Positions 17,705 to 27,900 of a DNA stretch of 64,000 nucleotides are shown here, in pieces; the first letter of the stretch is position 1; every line of letters starts with the position of its first letter. This DNA is from Candidatus Latescibacterota bacterium. GTDB lineage: Bacteria; Latescibacterota; UBA2968. The position numbers were made by a program, and so were the translations under genes. The DNA is taken from assembly GCA_965204745.1 (NCBI GenBank), contig OZ242010.1:1824001-1888000 (forward strand), given 5' to 3'. Below the pieces are notes generated by a model that was not told where the DNA came from, made no database searches, and worked only from the letters and a program-made list of their open reading frames with translations.

Positions 17705-18904
17705 CTAATTTTTCAAAAATTCATCCAGCGCGTTCACGGCTTCGTCGATGTGTTCTTTTTCGATCACCAGCGGGGGCAAGAAGCGCGCCACATCAGGCCC
17801 GGCGACGCAGATCAAAATGTCGTGCTTTTCTCGAATCGCATTCATCGCATCTGCGGCCGGGATGTCTTTGAGCACCGCGCCGGCGATCAGCCCGCTGCCG
17901 CGAATTTCCGTCACCGCATCCGAATGCTCGTCTTTTAGCGCGTTCAACTTGTCGAATAAGTACGCGCTTTTTTCACAGATGCTGGCGATAAACGCGGGAT
18001 CGGACAGGGTCTTGAACACCTCGATAGCCACGGCGCACGACACTGGATGCGCGCCAAAGGTCGCGGCGTGATCCCCCGGTTCCACGGCATCGGCCACCTC
18101 CTGCGTCACGAGCGTCGCGCCGATAGGCAAGCCGCCAGCCAGGGGTTTGGCAAGGGTCATAATATCCGGCGCGACCCCGTATTGTTCGTAGCAAAACAGA
18201 GAGCCTGTGCGGCCCAAGCCGCACTGGATTTCGTCGAAAATCAACACCATCTGCATCTCATCGCACAGGGCGCGCACGCCTTCCAAGAACGCCGGGTCCG
18301 ATGAATGAATCCCACCTTCTGCTTGCAATGGCTCCAACAACACGGCCACGGTTTGGCTGTCGACCAATTTTTCTACGGACTCCAAATCGTTCAACTCGGC
18401 AAACGCAATGCCCGGCAACATGGGGCCAAATCCCTTGTGATACTTGGGTTGCCCGGTCGCTGAAATCCCGCCGTAAGTTCGCCCGTGAAAGGAATTGTTC
18501 ATCGCAATAATTTTGTTTTTCGGGGCGTCCTCGAAATTTTTGTACCCCCACTTGCGCGCAAATTTCAAGGCGGCCTCGATAGATTCGGTGCCGCTGTTGC
18601 AAAAAAACACGCGGTCCGCAAACGAATGTTCGCACAACAATCGCGCCAACTGCGGCGCCGGGATCGTGTGGTACAAATTGGAGACGTGGATCAATTTGCC
18701 CAACTGCGCGTTGGCCGCCTCTTGGATCAGCGGGTTGTTATAGCCCAAGGCATTGACCGACAGGCCGCTCACAAAATCGAGATAGCGTTTGCCATCCGTA
18801 TCGGTGAGATAGACCCCGTCGCCCTGTTCCAACACAAACTCGGGCCGGCCATAAGTTTGCAAAATGTACTTCTGTTCCAAGTCGATAATTTCTCGCGTGG
18901 TCAT
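17705..18904 (-). CDS. argD: Acetylornithine aminotransferase
   Basis: YLDF, FCNSGTE, SFHGRT, EPLQAEGG, DEIQCGLGRTG, AKPLAGG; arg operon context. Confidence 0.93.
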   Translation of the reverse strand: MTTREIIDLEQKYILQTYGRPEFVLEQGDGVYLTDTDGKRYLDFVSGLSVNALGYNNPLIQEAANAQLGKLIHVSNLYHTIPAPQLARLLCEHSFADRVFFCNSGTESIEAALKFARKWGYKNFEDAPKNKIIAMNNSFHGRTYGGISATGQPKYHKGFGPMLPGIAFAELNDLESVEKLVDSQTVAVLLEPLQAEGGIHSSDPAFLEGVRALCDEMQMVLIFDEIQCGLGRTGSLFCYEQYGVAPDIMTLAKPLAGGLPIGATLVTQEVADAVEPGDHAATFGAHPVSCAVAIEVFKTLSDPAFIASICEKSAYLFDKLNALKDEHSDAVTEIRGSGLIAGAVLKDIPAADAMNAIREKHDILICVAGPDVARFLPPLVIEKEHIDEAVNALDEFLKN

Positions 18905-18920
18905 GATGTGTCCTTTGAAA

Positions 18921-18978
18921 GAGGCAAGAGGTGAGAGGCAAGAGGCAAGAGGCAAGAGGCAAGAGGTAAGAGGTAAGA
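18921..18978. repeat. Heptamer microsatellite (GAGGYRA)n
   Basis: About 8 units between argB and argD. Confidence 0.9.
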
Positions 18979-19033
18979 CGGGGAGAGGGGGTGGGCGGCC
19001 CTCTTCCCTCTTACGTCTCACGTCTCCCCTTTC

Positions 19034-19921
19034 TCACTGTACAATTTGCGTTCCAATGCCTTCGCGTGTAAAAATTTCCAGCAAGAGCGCGTGGGGCACG
19101 CTGCCGTCGATGATGTGCGTTTTGTGAACCCCGCCTTTGACGGAACGCTCACACGCGCGCAACTTGGGGATCATGCCCCCGCGGGCAATGCCCTTGTCGA
19201 TTAGGATTTCCACGTCATTGACGGGCAGGGTTGAGATTTGGGAGTTCGGGTCGTGCGGGTCCCTGCGAATGCCATTGACGTCTGTTAGGAACACCAGCTT
19301 TTCCGCTTGTAATGCGCGGGCGATTTCGCCGGCTGCGGTGTCGGCATTCACGTTGTAACTCGCGCCATCCGGCCCCAATCCAATCGGGGAAATCACGGGG
19401 ATCATCCCCTCTTCGCAGGCGAGGCGGATGGGTTCGGGATCGATGCGGGCCACATCGCCGACATAGCCGATATCGACCTGTTTGGTCTCTCCGTCCTCTT
19501 CGACAGTGGCAAAGTGCCGGGTGACGAACATCACCCCCGCGTCTTTGGCGGACATGCCGCGCGCGCGTCCGTCGAGGATTTCCAGCCCCTCGACAATGCG
19601 CCGATTCACTTCGCCAAACAGGGTATCTTCCACCACCTGCATCGACGCCTTGTCCGTGACGCGCAGGCCATTGACCCATTGCGATTCAATGTTAGACGCT
19701 TCCAACCGCCTGCTGATGTCCTTCCCCCCGCCGTGGATGACCACGGGCCGCATGCCCACGGTTTCCATAAAGACCAAATCGGCCATCACTGTTGGCGAAC
19801 CGCCCTCTTCCGGTTGCGTGCTACCGCCGTATTTGACCACGACAATTTTGTCGCGGAACGAGCGAATATACGGAAATGCCTCGATTAAGATGGCGGCTTT
19901 TTCGATGATGTGGGGATCCAA
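19034..19921 (-). CDS. argB: Acetylglutamate kinase
   Basis: VVKYGG, IHGGG, GLRVTD, NVNAD, LTDV, GGMIPK. Confidence 0.95.
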   Translation of the reverse strand: MDPHIIEKAAILIEAFPYIRSFRDKIVVVKYGGSTQPEEGGSPTVMADLVFMETVGMRPVVIHGGGKDISRRLEASNIESQWVNGLRVTDKASMQVVEDTLFGEVNRRIVEGLEILDGRARGMSAKDAGVMFVTRHFATVEEDGETKQVDIGYVGDVARIDPEPIRLACEEGMIPVISPIGLGPDGASYNVNADTAAGEIARALQAEKLVFLTDVNGIRRDPHDPNSQISTLPVNDVEILIDKGIARGGMIPKLRACERSVKGGVHKTHIIDGSVPHALLLEIFTREGIGTQIVQ

Positions 19922-19932
19922 AAGTGATTCCT

Positions 19933-19979
19933 TCAGTAGTCAGTGGTCAGTGGTCAGTGGTCAGTGGTCAGTGGTCAGT
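19933..19979. repeat. Heptamer microsatellite (TCAGTGG)n
   Basis: About 6 units between argC and argB, capped by GTCAGTCCCC. Confidence 0.9.
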
Positions 19980-20101
19980 CCCCTCCGCTCCCAAGCCCCG
20001 AGCGGTCAGGCGTTCAAGTCTGCGATGTTTTTATCGCACTGACGCACGCGGATGGGCGGGTAGGAGGGGCACGCACGGGGCGGCTGAGGGTTGGGGTTGA
20101 T

Positions 20102-21034
20102 CTAACAAATCCCATAGAGACGCGGGAGGCCCTGCATCAAATTCATGTTTTCCACCGCTTGGGTGGTCGCGCCTTTGCCCAGATTGTCTTCGAGTGCATT
20201 GATATAGGCAAAGCCGTCGTCAACGGCCAATTTGATGATCAATGCGTTTGTGCCCACCACATCTCGCGTGCCCCACCGATGCGCGTCTGAATCTTCGACC
20301 ACGCGCACCAAGTCGTCGGGATCATAAGCCCTTGAAATGGCTTCGCGCAATCGCGTTGCGGCTCCGTCGCTCGGGAGCGATTTCAGGTCGGCGGCGAGTT
20401 CAATGCGGATATTGGCATTGATCCCCGCAAATACGGAGCGCAATACGATGGGCGTGAAATTCACGTCAAAGCCCGAATACAACGCCATTTCCGGGACGTG
20501 TTTGTGTTGCTTGCCGTAGTTATACGCGATTTCATTTGCCACGGACTCGACTTCGGCACGCGCGCCGGAATTGCCCGACGTGGCGACGATGGTCGCCTCG
20601 CCCTGAACCAGTGTTTTGAGGGGATGCAACGCGAGAATGACGCTCGTGGGATAACAGCCGGGATTGCCCACCAAGCGCGCTTGGGCGATCTGTTTTGCGA
20701 ACAGAGCGGGCAGGCCATACACCGCTTCTTTGAGCAATTCGGGGGCCGTATGGGCCATGCCATAGCCGGTTTCAAACGCCGCTTTGGGCAAGCGAAACGC
20801 CCCGCTCATGTCGATGACTTTCACACCTGCGGTCAATGCCTCGGGCGCGAATCGCATTGACTCGGGGTCCTTGGTCGCCAGAAACGCCACGTCGCAATCG
20901 GTCAGATTGCCCGCTCGGCGTTTTGAGTTTTGGCGAAACACTATCGTTGCCCGGTCATGGCGTTGCAAGCCCTTCTCGATCTCTTGCCCCACCATCCCGG
21001 TATCGCCGTAAATGCCGGTTTTAATCACTGTCAT
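20102..21034 (-). CDS. argC: N-acetyl-gamma-glutamyl-phosphate reductase
   Basis: G.TG.VG, IDMSGAFRL, YGLP, NPGCYPT, H.H.PE, DNLGKGA. Confidence 0.93.
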   Translation of the reverse strand: MTVIKTGIYGDTGMVGQEIEKGLQRHDRATIVFRQNSKRRAGNLTDCDVAFLATKDPESMRFAPEALTAGVKVIDMSGAFRLPKAAFETGYGMAHTAPELLKEAVYGLPALFAKQIAQARLVGNPGCYPTSVILALHPLKTLVQGEATIVATSGNSGARAEVESVANEIAYNYGKQHKHVPEMALYSGFDVNFTPIVLRSVFAGINANIRIELAADLKSLPSDGAATRLREAISRAYDPDDLVRVVEDSDAHRWGTRDVVGTNALIIKLAVDDGFAYINALEDNLGKGATTQAVENMNLMQGLPRLYGIC

Positions 21035-21102
21035 TTCCTCGTATGCAAAAACATCGTTTTGTCTTGCGCGTTTTAACCACGTCAATGCGCGGGCGTAATT
21101 GA

Positions 21103-21591
21103 TTAGTTTATCGGTGGCGTTTTCAGGTGTACCTCAATGCGTTTTTCAAGGGCTTGGCATGCTTCGGATGAGCGACAGAGAACAAAAATGGTGTTCTCGC
21201 CAGCGAGGGTTCCGGCAACTTCTGCCCAATCTGCTCGATCAATTGCTTCGCAAACGCCCTGGGCATGGCCGGTAATCGTCTTCAAGACCAGCGTTTGCGC
21301 CACTGCTTCCACGCTGACGACAAAATCTTGCAATTCGCGCCGAAGCAAATTTTCGCCTTGCAATGCCAGTGGCCCTGCGCTAGCAAACGCATCGGGGGCC
21401 TGATAGCGGAAGCCGCCATCGCCATCGGGCACTTTCACCACGCCGAGTTCCTTAATGTCTTTTGACAGGGTCGATTGCGTGGTCGAGATCCCAATGGCTT
21501 TCAACGCTGCGCTGAGTTCTTCTTGTCGCGCAATGGGCTGCTCTGCGATCAACTTGAGAATGTTTTGCTGGCGTTCTTGTTTTGCGTTCAT
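21103..21591 (-). CDS. argR: Arginine repressor
   Basis: RQ..I, QEEL, TQSTLSKDIKELG, GTLAGENTIFV. Confidence 0.95.
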   Translation of the reverse strand: MNAKQERQQNILKLIAEQPIARQEELSAALKAIGISTTQSTLSKDIKELGVVKVPDGDGGFRYQAPDAFASAGPLALQGENLLRRELQDFVVSVEAVAQTLVLKTITGHAQGVCEAIDRADWAEVAGTLAGENTIFVLCRSSEACQALEKRIEVHLKTPPIN

Positions 21592-21597
21592 AGGGAT

Positions 21598-21660
21598 AAG
21601 ATATGGGAGAAGTCGTTTAAGTCAAGAATAAAAATTCAGAAATATGAATTTTTATTCAGT
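21598..21660 (-). promoter_or_regulatory. arg operon promoter with two tandem ARG boxes
   Basis: TTGACT(21625-21620)-16-TATCTT; box cores AGAATAAAAATTCA (21625-21638) and TGAATTTTTATTCA (21645-21658), 20 bp period. Confidence 0.8.
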
Positions 21661-21779
21661 TATCAACCCGTGTGTTCCCTGCCTCTCCACCCAGCCGCCC
21701 AAGTGCGATCCCTTCCCGACACCGCCCCGCCGTGTGCGTGCCCTGCCCCGCTCGCCTGTCGTCAACTTGACGATGGCCC

Positions 21780-21870
21780 TCTTGCGTCTCACGTCTTGCC
21801 TCTCGCCTCTCACCTCTCGCCTCTCACGTCTCACGTCTCGCCTCTTGCGTCTCATGTCTCGCCTCTCATC
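21780..21870. repeat. Degenerate heptamer microsatellite (CSTCTYR)n
   Basis: About 13 mixed units CCTCTCG/CGTCTCA/CCTCTTG. Confidence 0.85.
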
Positions 21871-21873
21871 TCT

Positions 21874-22078
21874 GGCGCATGGTCTCTGTCTGTCTCGAAA
21901 CCACCGGGCTTTATCGCTTGGCGGTGGCCTTGGCCTTACATCGGCATCGCCGCACGCAGGTCATGGTCGTCAATCCCCATGCGATGATCAAGTACGCACA
22001 GCGGCATGACCAAGATTTTGAGGGCGAGAAATTCTATCGGATCACCGCGCAATCCCCTTGACCTTTAAGAGAGTATCT
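21874..22078 (+). mobile_element. Internally deleted IS110 remnant with intact right end
   Basis: In-frame fusion of MVSVCLE..VVNP..KYAQ to RHDQDFEGEKFYRIT, both matching the transposase at 55730-56737; ends TTGACC..AGAGTAT-CT. Confidence 0.9.
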
Positions 22079-22143
22079 CACTTCTTACCTCTTGTATCTT
22101 TCCTCAAATAAGCGGAGCGAATAATGGGGGCTAGAGATAGGTC

Positions 22144-23073
22144 ATGCAATTTTTCCACACGTACATCGACCCCACAGAACTGGCGCGCATTGCGGATTTG
22201 GAACTGTTGGCGCGCACGGTGATCGCCGGGTTGCACGGGGGGGCGCATCGCAGCATGCACTTTGGGGCGTCGGTCGAGTTCGCGCAGTACCGGCCCTATG
22301 TGCAGGGCGATGATCCGCGCTTTGTGGATTGGCGGTTGTACGGGCGTAGCGACCGCTTGCACGTCAAGCAATTTCAGGATGAGCGCGATTTGCGATGCAC
22401 GGTTTTGTTGGATTGTAGCGCGTCTATGGATTACGGGTCCGGGAGCGTGGACAAATTTCGCTACGCACAGATGTTGGCCGCATGCGTGGCAATGCTGGCC
22501 GCAAATCAGGGCGATGTGGTGGGCTTTGCCGCGTACCACCGGGAATTGATAACCCGCGTGCCTGCGCGGCGAAAAGACGGGCAACGCCACCGCATTTTGA
22601 CAGCGATAGCCAATGCGAGACCCGCGGGCGAATCGACGGATACCGCGGGCGCGTTGCGCGCGATGGGCGAGGTGTTGCCCGCACGCGGCATGGTGGTGTT
22701 GATCGGGGATTTGTTGCATCCTGCGGACGAGATGATTTTGCACTTGCGTTCCCTGCGGGCGCAACGTCACGATGTGTTGGTGTTGCAAGTGAGCGATCCG
22801 GCCGAGCAGACATTTCCGTTTGACCGGGCGATCACGCTGGTCGAAGCCGAGGGTGGGCGCGAGCAATACGCGGTGCCCGAGGCCGTGCGCGAAGCCTATT
22901 TGGAAAATCGCGCGCGCCATTTTGCGGGCATCCGAGAAGCGTGTTTGACGTCTGAAATCGACATTGAAGAATTTGTGTGTTCGCAACCATTAGACGAGGC
23001 ATTGCACCGGTTTTTGTATCGGCGCAACCGAGGGCTGATCGCGTCGAGCACGCGGGCGCGAGGAGGGGCATAA
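22144..23073 (+). CDS. DUF58 / vWA domain protein (MoxR-associated)
   Basis: G.SVEFAQYRPY.QGDD.R.VDW, LLDCSASM MIDAS. Confidence 0.9.
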   Translation: MQFFHTYIDPTELARIADLELLARTVIAGLHGGAHRSMHFGASVEFAQYRPYVQGDDPRFVDWRLYGRSDRLHVKQFQDERDLRCTVLLDCSASMDYGSGSVDKFRYAQMLAACVAMLAANQGDVVGFAAYHRELITRVPARRKDGQRHRILTAIANARPAGESTDTAGALRAMGEVLPARGMVVLIGDLLHPADEMILHLRSLRAQRHDVLVLQVSDPAEQTFPFDRAITLVEAEGGREQYAVPEAVREAYLENRARHFAGIREACLTSEIDIEEFVCSQPLDEALHRFLYRRNRGLIASSTRARGGA

Positions 23074-24971
23074 TGGGTTTGTTGGCGCCGCTGTTCGCAT
23101 TGGGCATGGCCCTGATCGGCATTCCGTATTTGGTGCATCGCATCCGGCGGCCCGAGCGCGAGCCCGTGCGGTTTAGCAGCCTGATGTTCGTTCCAGAGGT
23201 CAAACGCGAGGTGATCGAGCGCAGGCGCGTGCAACACATCTCGTTGATGATTTTGCGAATGGCGATGTTGGCGGTGTTGGCGCTGGCGTTTGCCCGCCCC
23301 TTCCGCGAGGTGATCTCGACTGCCGCCGCATCCCTTGGGGGCGCGACCGACCATGTGATCGCGCTGGACGTGTCCATGAGCATGGGCTATGATGGGGTGT
23401 GGGCGCGTGCGAAAATGCAGGCGAATGCCGCGTTGGATGCGGTCGCGCCTGGGGATAGGGTCGGGTTTGTGCAATTTGCAAATCGCGCTTTGGGCACTGT
23501 GCCGATTTCGGGCGAGGTGGCCTTGGTGCGCCGCGCCATTGACGAGGCAGACGCGACGTGGGCACACACGGATTACTCAGCAGCACTTCGCGCAACCGCG
23601 CAGCTGTTTGAAGCCGATACCGCGCAGGTGCGGCGCGTGGTGCATGTGATCAGCGATTTTCAGGCGACGGGCCTGGCAGACGCCGGATGGCGGTTGCCAG
23701 GCGAGATCGAGCTCCAAGCCGTGGATGTGGGGGTCGACCAGGCGTCCAATGCGACCATAGACGCGCTCGCGGTGTTGCCCGCGAAAAACGACGCGCTACA
23801 AGTGCGCGCCCGGGTGCGAAACAACGCCGGACAAAACGCGCTTGTGGTGCAACTCTCGGTCGACCGGGAACTCGCGGAAACGCGAACCGTGGAAGTGCTG
23901 CCGGGCAATGCGACGCAGGTGGGATTTGCCATTCCCGCACAAAGGGAGACGAGTGGGTATGTCGCGCTTGCCAAAGGCGATGGGTTGACCCGCGACGACC
24001 GCCGATTTTTCGCCTGGGCGGCCCAAGCGCAACATTCAATCGAAGTGTGGCAGGCCGCCGAGGCGACGCGCTTTATGCTCAACGCCGCGTTGCCAGAGGG
24101 ATCGGATCTGCCGTGGCGATTGGATTGGGCGAACCGAGGCGCGGGTTCGGTCGTCATCGCCGAAGAGATAGACGCGCAGTTCGCCGCGGAACTCGCGGAT
24201 TACGTGCAACGGGGCGGCGCGCTGTTTTTGCCCTTGGGCGAGTCCGCGGATATCGCTTCGGCAAATGCCGTGCTCGCGCGTGCCGATATTCGGATCGTGG
24301 GATTGCGGCAGGCCGGGTACGCGGAACTCGCGTGGGTCAACTTGGATCACCCCATTTTCCAGTTGTTTCGCGGTGCGCGGTTCAATGATTTTTCATCCGT
24401 GCGCTACGACAATGCCCACCTCGTCGTAGCAGACAGCGCGGCAGTGGTGCTGGCAAAATACGACGATGAGATGCCCGCTATGGTCGAAGGCCGGTTGGGC
24501 GCGGGCCGCATTCTCGTCTGGGCCGGCGGAATGGGGTTGGATCGATCAAATCTCGCGCGCACGCCCCGGTTTGTGCCCCTGTTGTACGAGACATTGCGGT
24601 ATCTGGTGGGCGAGCAAACGGTCAAAACAGCGTATCAGGTGGGGGATGCGGCCCCGGATGCAGCGCGGCAAATCGCAGGGCCAAAAGCATCTGGCGATCC
24701 CGCGCGCTTCCACGCGCCCGGCATCTACGAATGGGATGGGCAAATCGCAGCGGTGAATGTCGCGGACAGGGAGAGCGACCTGACGCGAATCACGCCCGCG
24801 GAATTTGAGATTCGCCTGTGCGACGCGCCCACATTAAACGATGGCGGCCCCGCGGCAACCGCATCGCACAAGTCAACGCCCTACGACTACGGCCGCTATG
24901 CCGTCGCGCTGTTGTTCGCATTGGTCTTGGCGGAACACTTTTTTGCCTCGCGCAAGGGATATTCGACATGA
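23073..24971 (+). CDS. BatA N-terminal + vWA domain membrane protein
   Basis: IPYLVH..R..V.FSSL.F, LA.ARP, LDVSMSM, VISDFQ, C-terminal TM. Confidence 0.85.
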   Translation: MGLLAPLFALGMALIGIPYLVHRIRRPEREPVRFSSLMFVPEVKREVIERRRVQHISLMILRMAMLAVLALAFARPFREVISTAAASLGGATDHVIALDVSMSMGYDGVWARAKMQANAALDAVAPGDRVGFVQFANRALGTVPISGEVALVRRAIDEADATWAHTDYSAALRATAQLFEADTAQVRRVVHVISDFQATGLADAGWRLPGEIELQAVDVGVDQASNATIDALAVLPAKNDALQVRARVRNNAGQNALVVQLSVDRELAETRTVEVLPGNATQVGFAIPAQRETSGYVALAKGDGLTRDDRRFFAWAAQAQHSIEVWQAAEATRFMLNAALPEGSDLPWRLDWANRGAGSVVIAEEIDAQFAAELADYVQRGGALFLPLGESADIASANAVLARADIRIVGLRQAGYAELAWVNLDHPIFQLFRGARFNDFSSVRYDNAHLVVADSAAVVLAKYDDEMPAMVEGRLGAGRILVWAGGMGLDRSNLARTPRFVPLLYETLRYLVGEQTVKTAYQVGDAAPDAARQIAGPKASGDPARFHAPGIYEWDGQIAAVNVADRESDLTRITPAEFEIRLCDAPTLNDGGPAATASHKSTPYDYGRYAVALLFALVLAEHFFASRKGYST

Positions 24972-27900
24972 CGCCTTTTCTGCCCCTCAAATTGGAACAC
25001 GCGATCCGAGACGTGGCCGGGCAATTTGCTCGCCGGCAGCGGTTGCGCGGTCGTTTGATTTTCGGCGTGGTGTTTTTGGGCGCGCTGATCGGCGCGTGCG
25101 CGGCAGTCGTGTTTGTCGAGCGCGTGCCCGCGATTGTGCCGGTGCTGGCGTTTCTCATCTCGGTCACAGGCGCGGCGTATCGGTGGTTGTTCATTCGGCG
25201 GGAGGTCGACCGCGAGCAGATCGCGCTGTTTTTGGACGCGCACCATCCAGAACTCGAAGACCTGATCGTGAGCAGCGTGTCCCTGCATCAGACCGTGCCT
25301 GCGTCCGAGTGGATGACCGAGCAGGTGTTTGAACAAGTGCGCGCCTTGTCCGCCATTGACGCGCCGCCGGTGATCGATGGGCGCGTTTTGAAGCGTGCGC
25401 GCTACGCGGTCGTGGGCGTCTGGGGATTGGGCGCAATCGCGGTGATCGCATCGGTGTGGCTAGCTGACGTGGGCGATATCGCGCGGCGGTTGTTCTCCGT
25501 GCCCGCGGTGCCTTTGCCCTACGCCGTTGAACCGGGGAATGCGCGCGTGCAGCGCGGCACTCATCAGATGGTTTGGGTGCAAACCGAGTTGACGAGCGCG
25601 AGCAAGGCGATCCAGTGGCGTGCGATAGGGGGCGACTGGCAGACCGCGCCGCTGTTGCCCGGGGAGACGGGCGATGTGTTTGCCCACCAGTTGCGCGATT
25701 TGTTCGCGGATACGGAGTATCAGGTGCAAGTTGGGGACTATCGCTCCGATGTGTATCGGCTCTCCGTGTGGACGCGGCCCGAGGTGGTGTCGATTTCGCT
25801 CTTGTATCGCTATCCCGATTATTTGCAGATGGCCGACCGCGAAGTGCTTTTCGGCGGGGATATCGCCGCGGCCGAAGGTAGCGAGGTGGTCGTTTCCGCG
25901 ACGGTGAATAAGGCGTTGGAAGCGGCGGCGTTGATTTTGAGCGATGGCGAGGAGATCGCGTTGCGCGCTGCGGGCGACGCGGTGTGGGAAGGTACGCTGT
26001 CCATTACAAAAAGCGATGCGTACGAAGTGGCGTTGCGAGATGCAGAGGGCGAACAAAACGAGCGGGGCCGCGCGTACAAAATTTCGGCAAAGGCCGATCA
26101 GGCGCCGCGCATCCGCGTCCGTTTTCCAAAGGGGGATGACGAGGCCACGCCGATTGAGGAGGTGGCGTTTGGGTTTTCCGTCAAAGACGATTACGGGATC
26201 GCGGATTACGGGTTGCAATACGAGGTGGCGGGCCGCGCGCCTGTGCGGGTTTCGCTGAAGAAAGAGGCCGCGCGCGTGGAAAGTGCCGAGGGCGAGCATC
26301 CCATCGCATTGGAAGACCTAGGTCTCGCGGCGGGCGATTTTGTGATGTGGCTGGTTTGGGCAGAAGACGGCAAGCCCGGGCGGGCCGCGGTCGAGACCAC
26401 AGGCGATTCCTATTTTTTGGAGATTCGGCCTTTTGAACGCCGGTATCGCCAAGCCATCAGCAACGAGGGCGAGCAGCGCGCACAGGGGCAACAGCGGGGC
26501 GGAGCGAGCGATCAAAAGCAGGTGATCATCGCGATCTATAATTTGCGAAAACGCGCATCGGGCATGGACGAGGCCGAGTTTGACGATCAGAAGCAGGCGA
26601 TTGGCGAAGCGCAACAAACCGTTCGACGAGCGACTCGCAATGCCACAGAGGCGTTGACCGCCGAGTTCGTCGGGGTGCTGACCGCGCTGGCAGACGCGGC
26701 GTTTGCGGATCCGGATGCGGCATTGGCGCGGGCCTTGGGACATGCACAACGCGCTTATCGGCACATCTTGCAGACGCGGCCCAACGAGGCCGAGATCGTG
26801 CAACGGCAAGGACGACAACGCGGTGCAGGCAGAGACGCCCAACAACGCGCCTTGGACGGCTTGGAATTGGCACGCCGCCGGGATTTTCGGGAAGAGGCCT
26901 CCACCCTGCAACAGCAACTCGCCGAGACCGCCGAGGCAAAAAACAAAATTGAGGAATTGACGCGCAGGCAAGCGGCGATCAACGAAGATGTGGCGCAGTT
27001 GATTTCGGAAATGGAAAACTTAGAGCGCGAATCGCGCGAAGAAGCCCAACGCCGCTTAGAGCAGTTGCGCGAGAGCCAGCGGCAAACCATGGACGCACTC
27101 GACGCGGTCGCCGGAGAAATCGCCTCGGGCGATCTGGACGCGCAACAAGCGCGCCGAGCGCGCGAGCAGTTGGAGGGCGCGCGCCGGCAGATGGGTCGCA
27201 GCGCGCAAAACTTGGCGCGCGAGCAGTTGCAACGGGCGCGGGCCGCGGGCAATCGCGCTTTGGATGCTTTGCGCGATGTGCGCGAGCAGTTGGGCAATTT
27301 GTCGCGCAGTGCCGTAGCCGAGCGCGTGAAGATGTTGCAACGAGCAATGGACAGTTTGCGCGCCGAACAGCGCGGCTTGATCGACCGAGCACAACGCGCA
27401 CAGCGCGAGATGCGGTCCTTGGCCGATTCCGAGCGCGAGATGAACGAGATGATCGCGGACAAGCAGGAGGTGGCCGAGCAGTTCCGCGAGATGATGACAG
27501 ACGCGAGCGCGCTGGCGGAAAAATCAGCGGCGAGCCAAGGGCTGATGGCGCAAAAGCTCAATGATTGGTTGCGCGAGACGAGTAGGGCGGGGATTTTCGA
27601 AGAGATGCAAGCGGGCGAACGCCTCGTGTGGTTGGGCGCGTGGGGCGCATCCGCAGACCATGAGCGCGCTGTGGCGGATCGATTGGACCGCGCCGCGGAA
27701 GCCCTCGACGAGGTCGCCCAATTCTCGGTGCGAGACGATTTGGAGGCCCTCGAGCGCGCCAAGGAACGCTTGGAGGCCGCGATGCCCCCGTCGGGCGAGC
27801 GATTCGGTTGGGGGCCGCGCACCCCAGAGGATCGGCGCCGATTTGCCGAGGGCGGGTTCCGCGATTGGATGGATCGCGTGCGCGAGGCCGAGGCCCTGTT

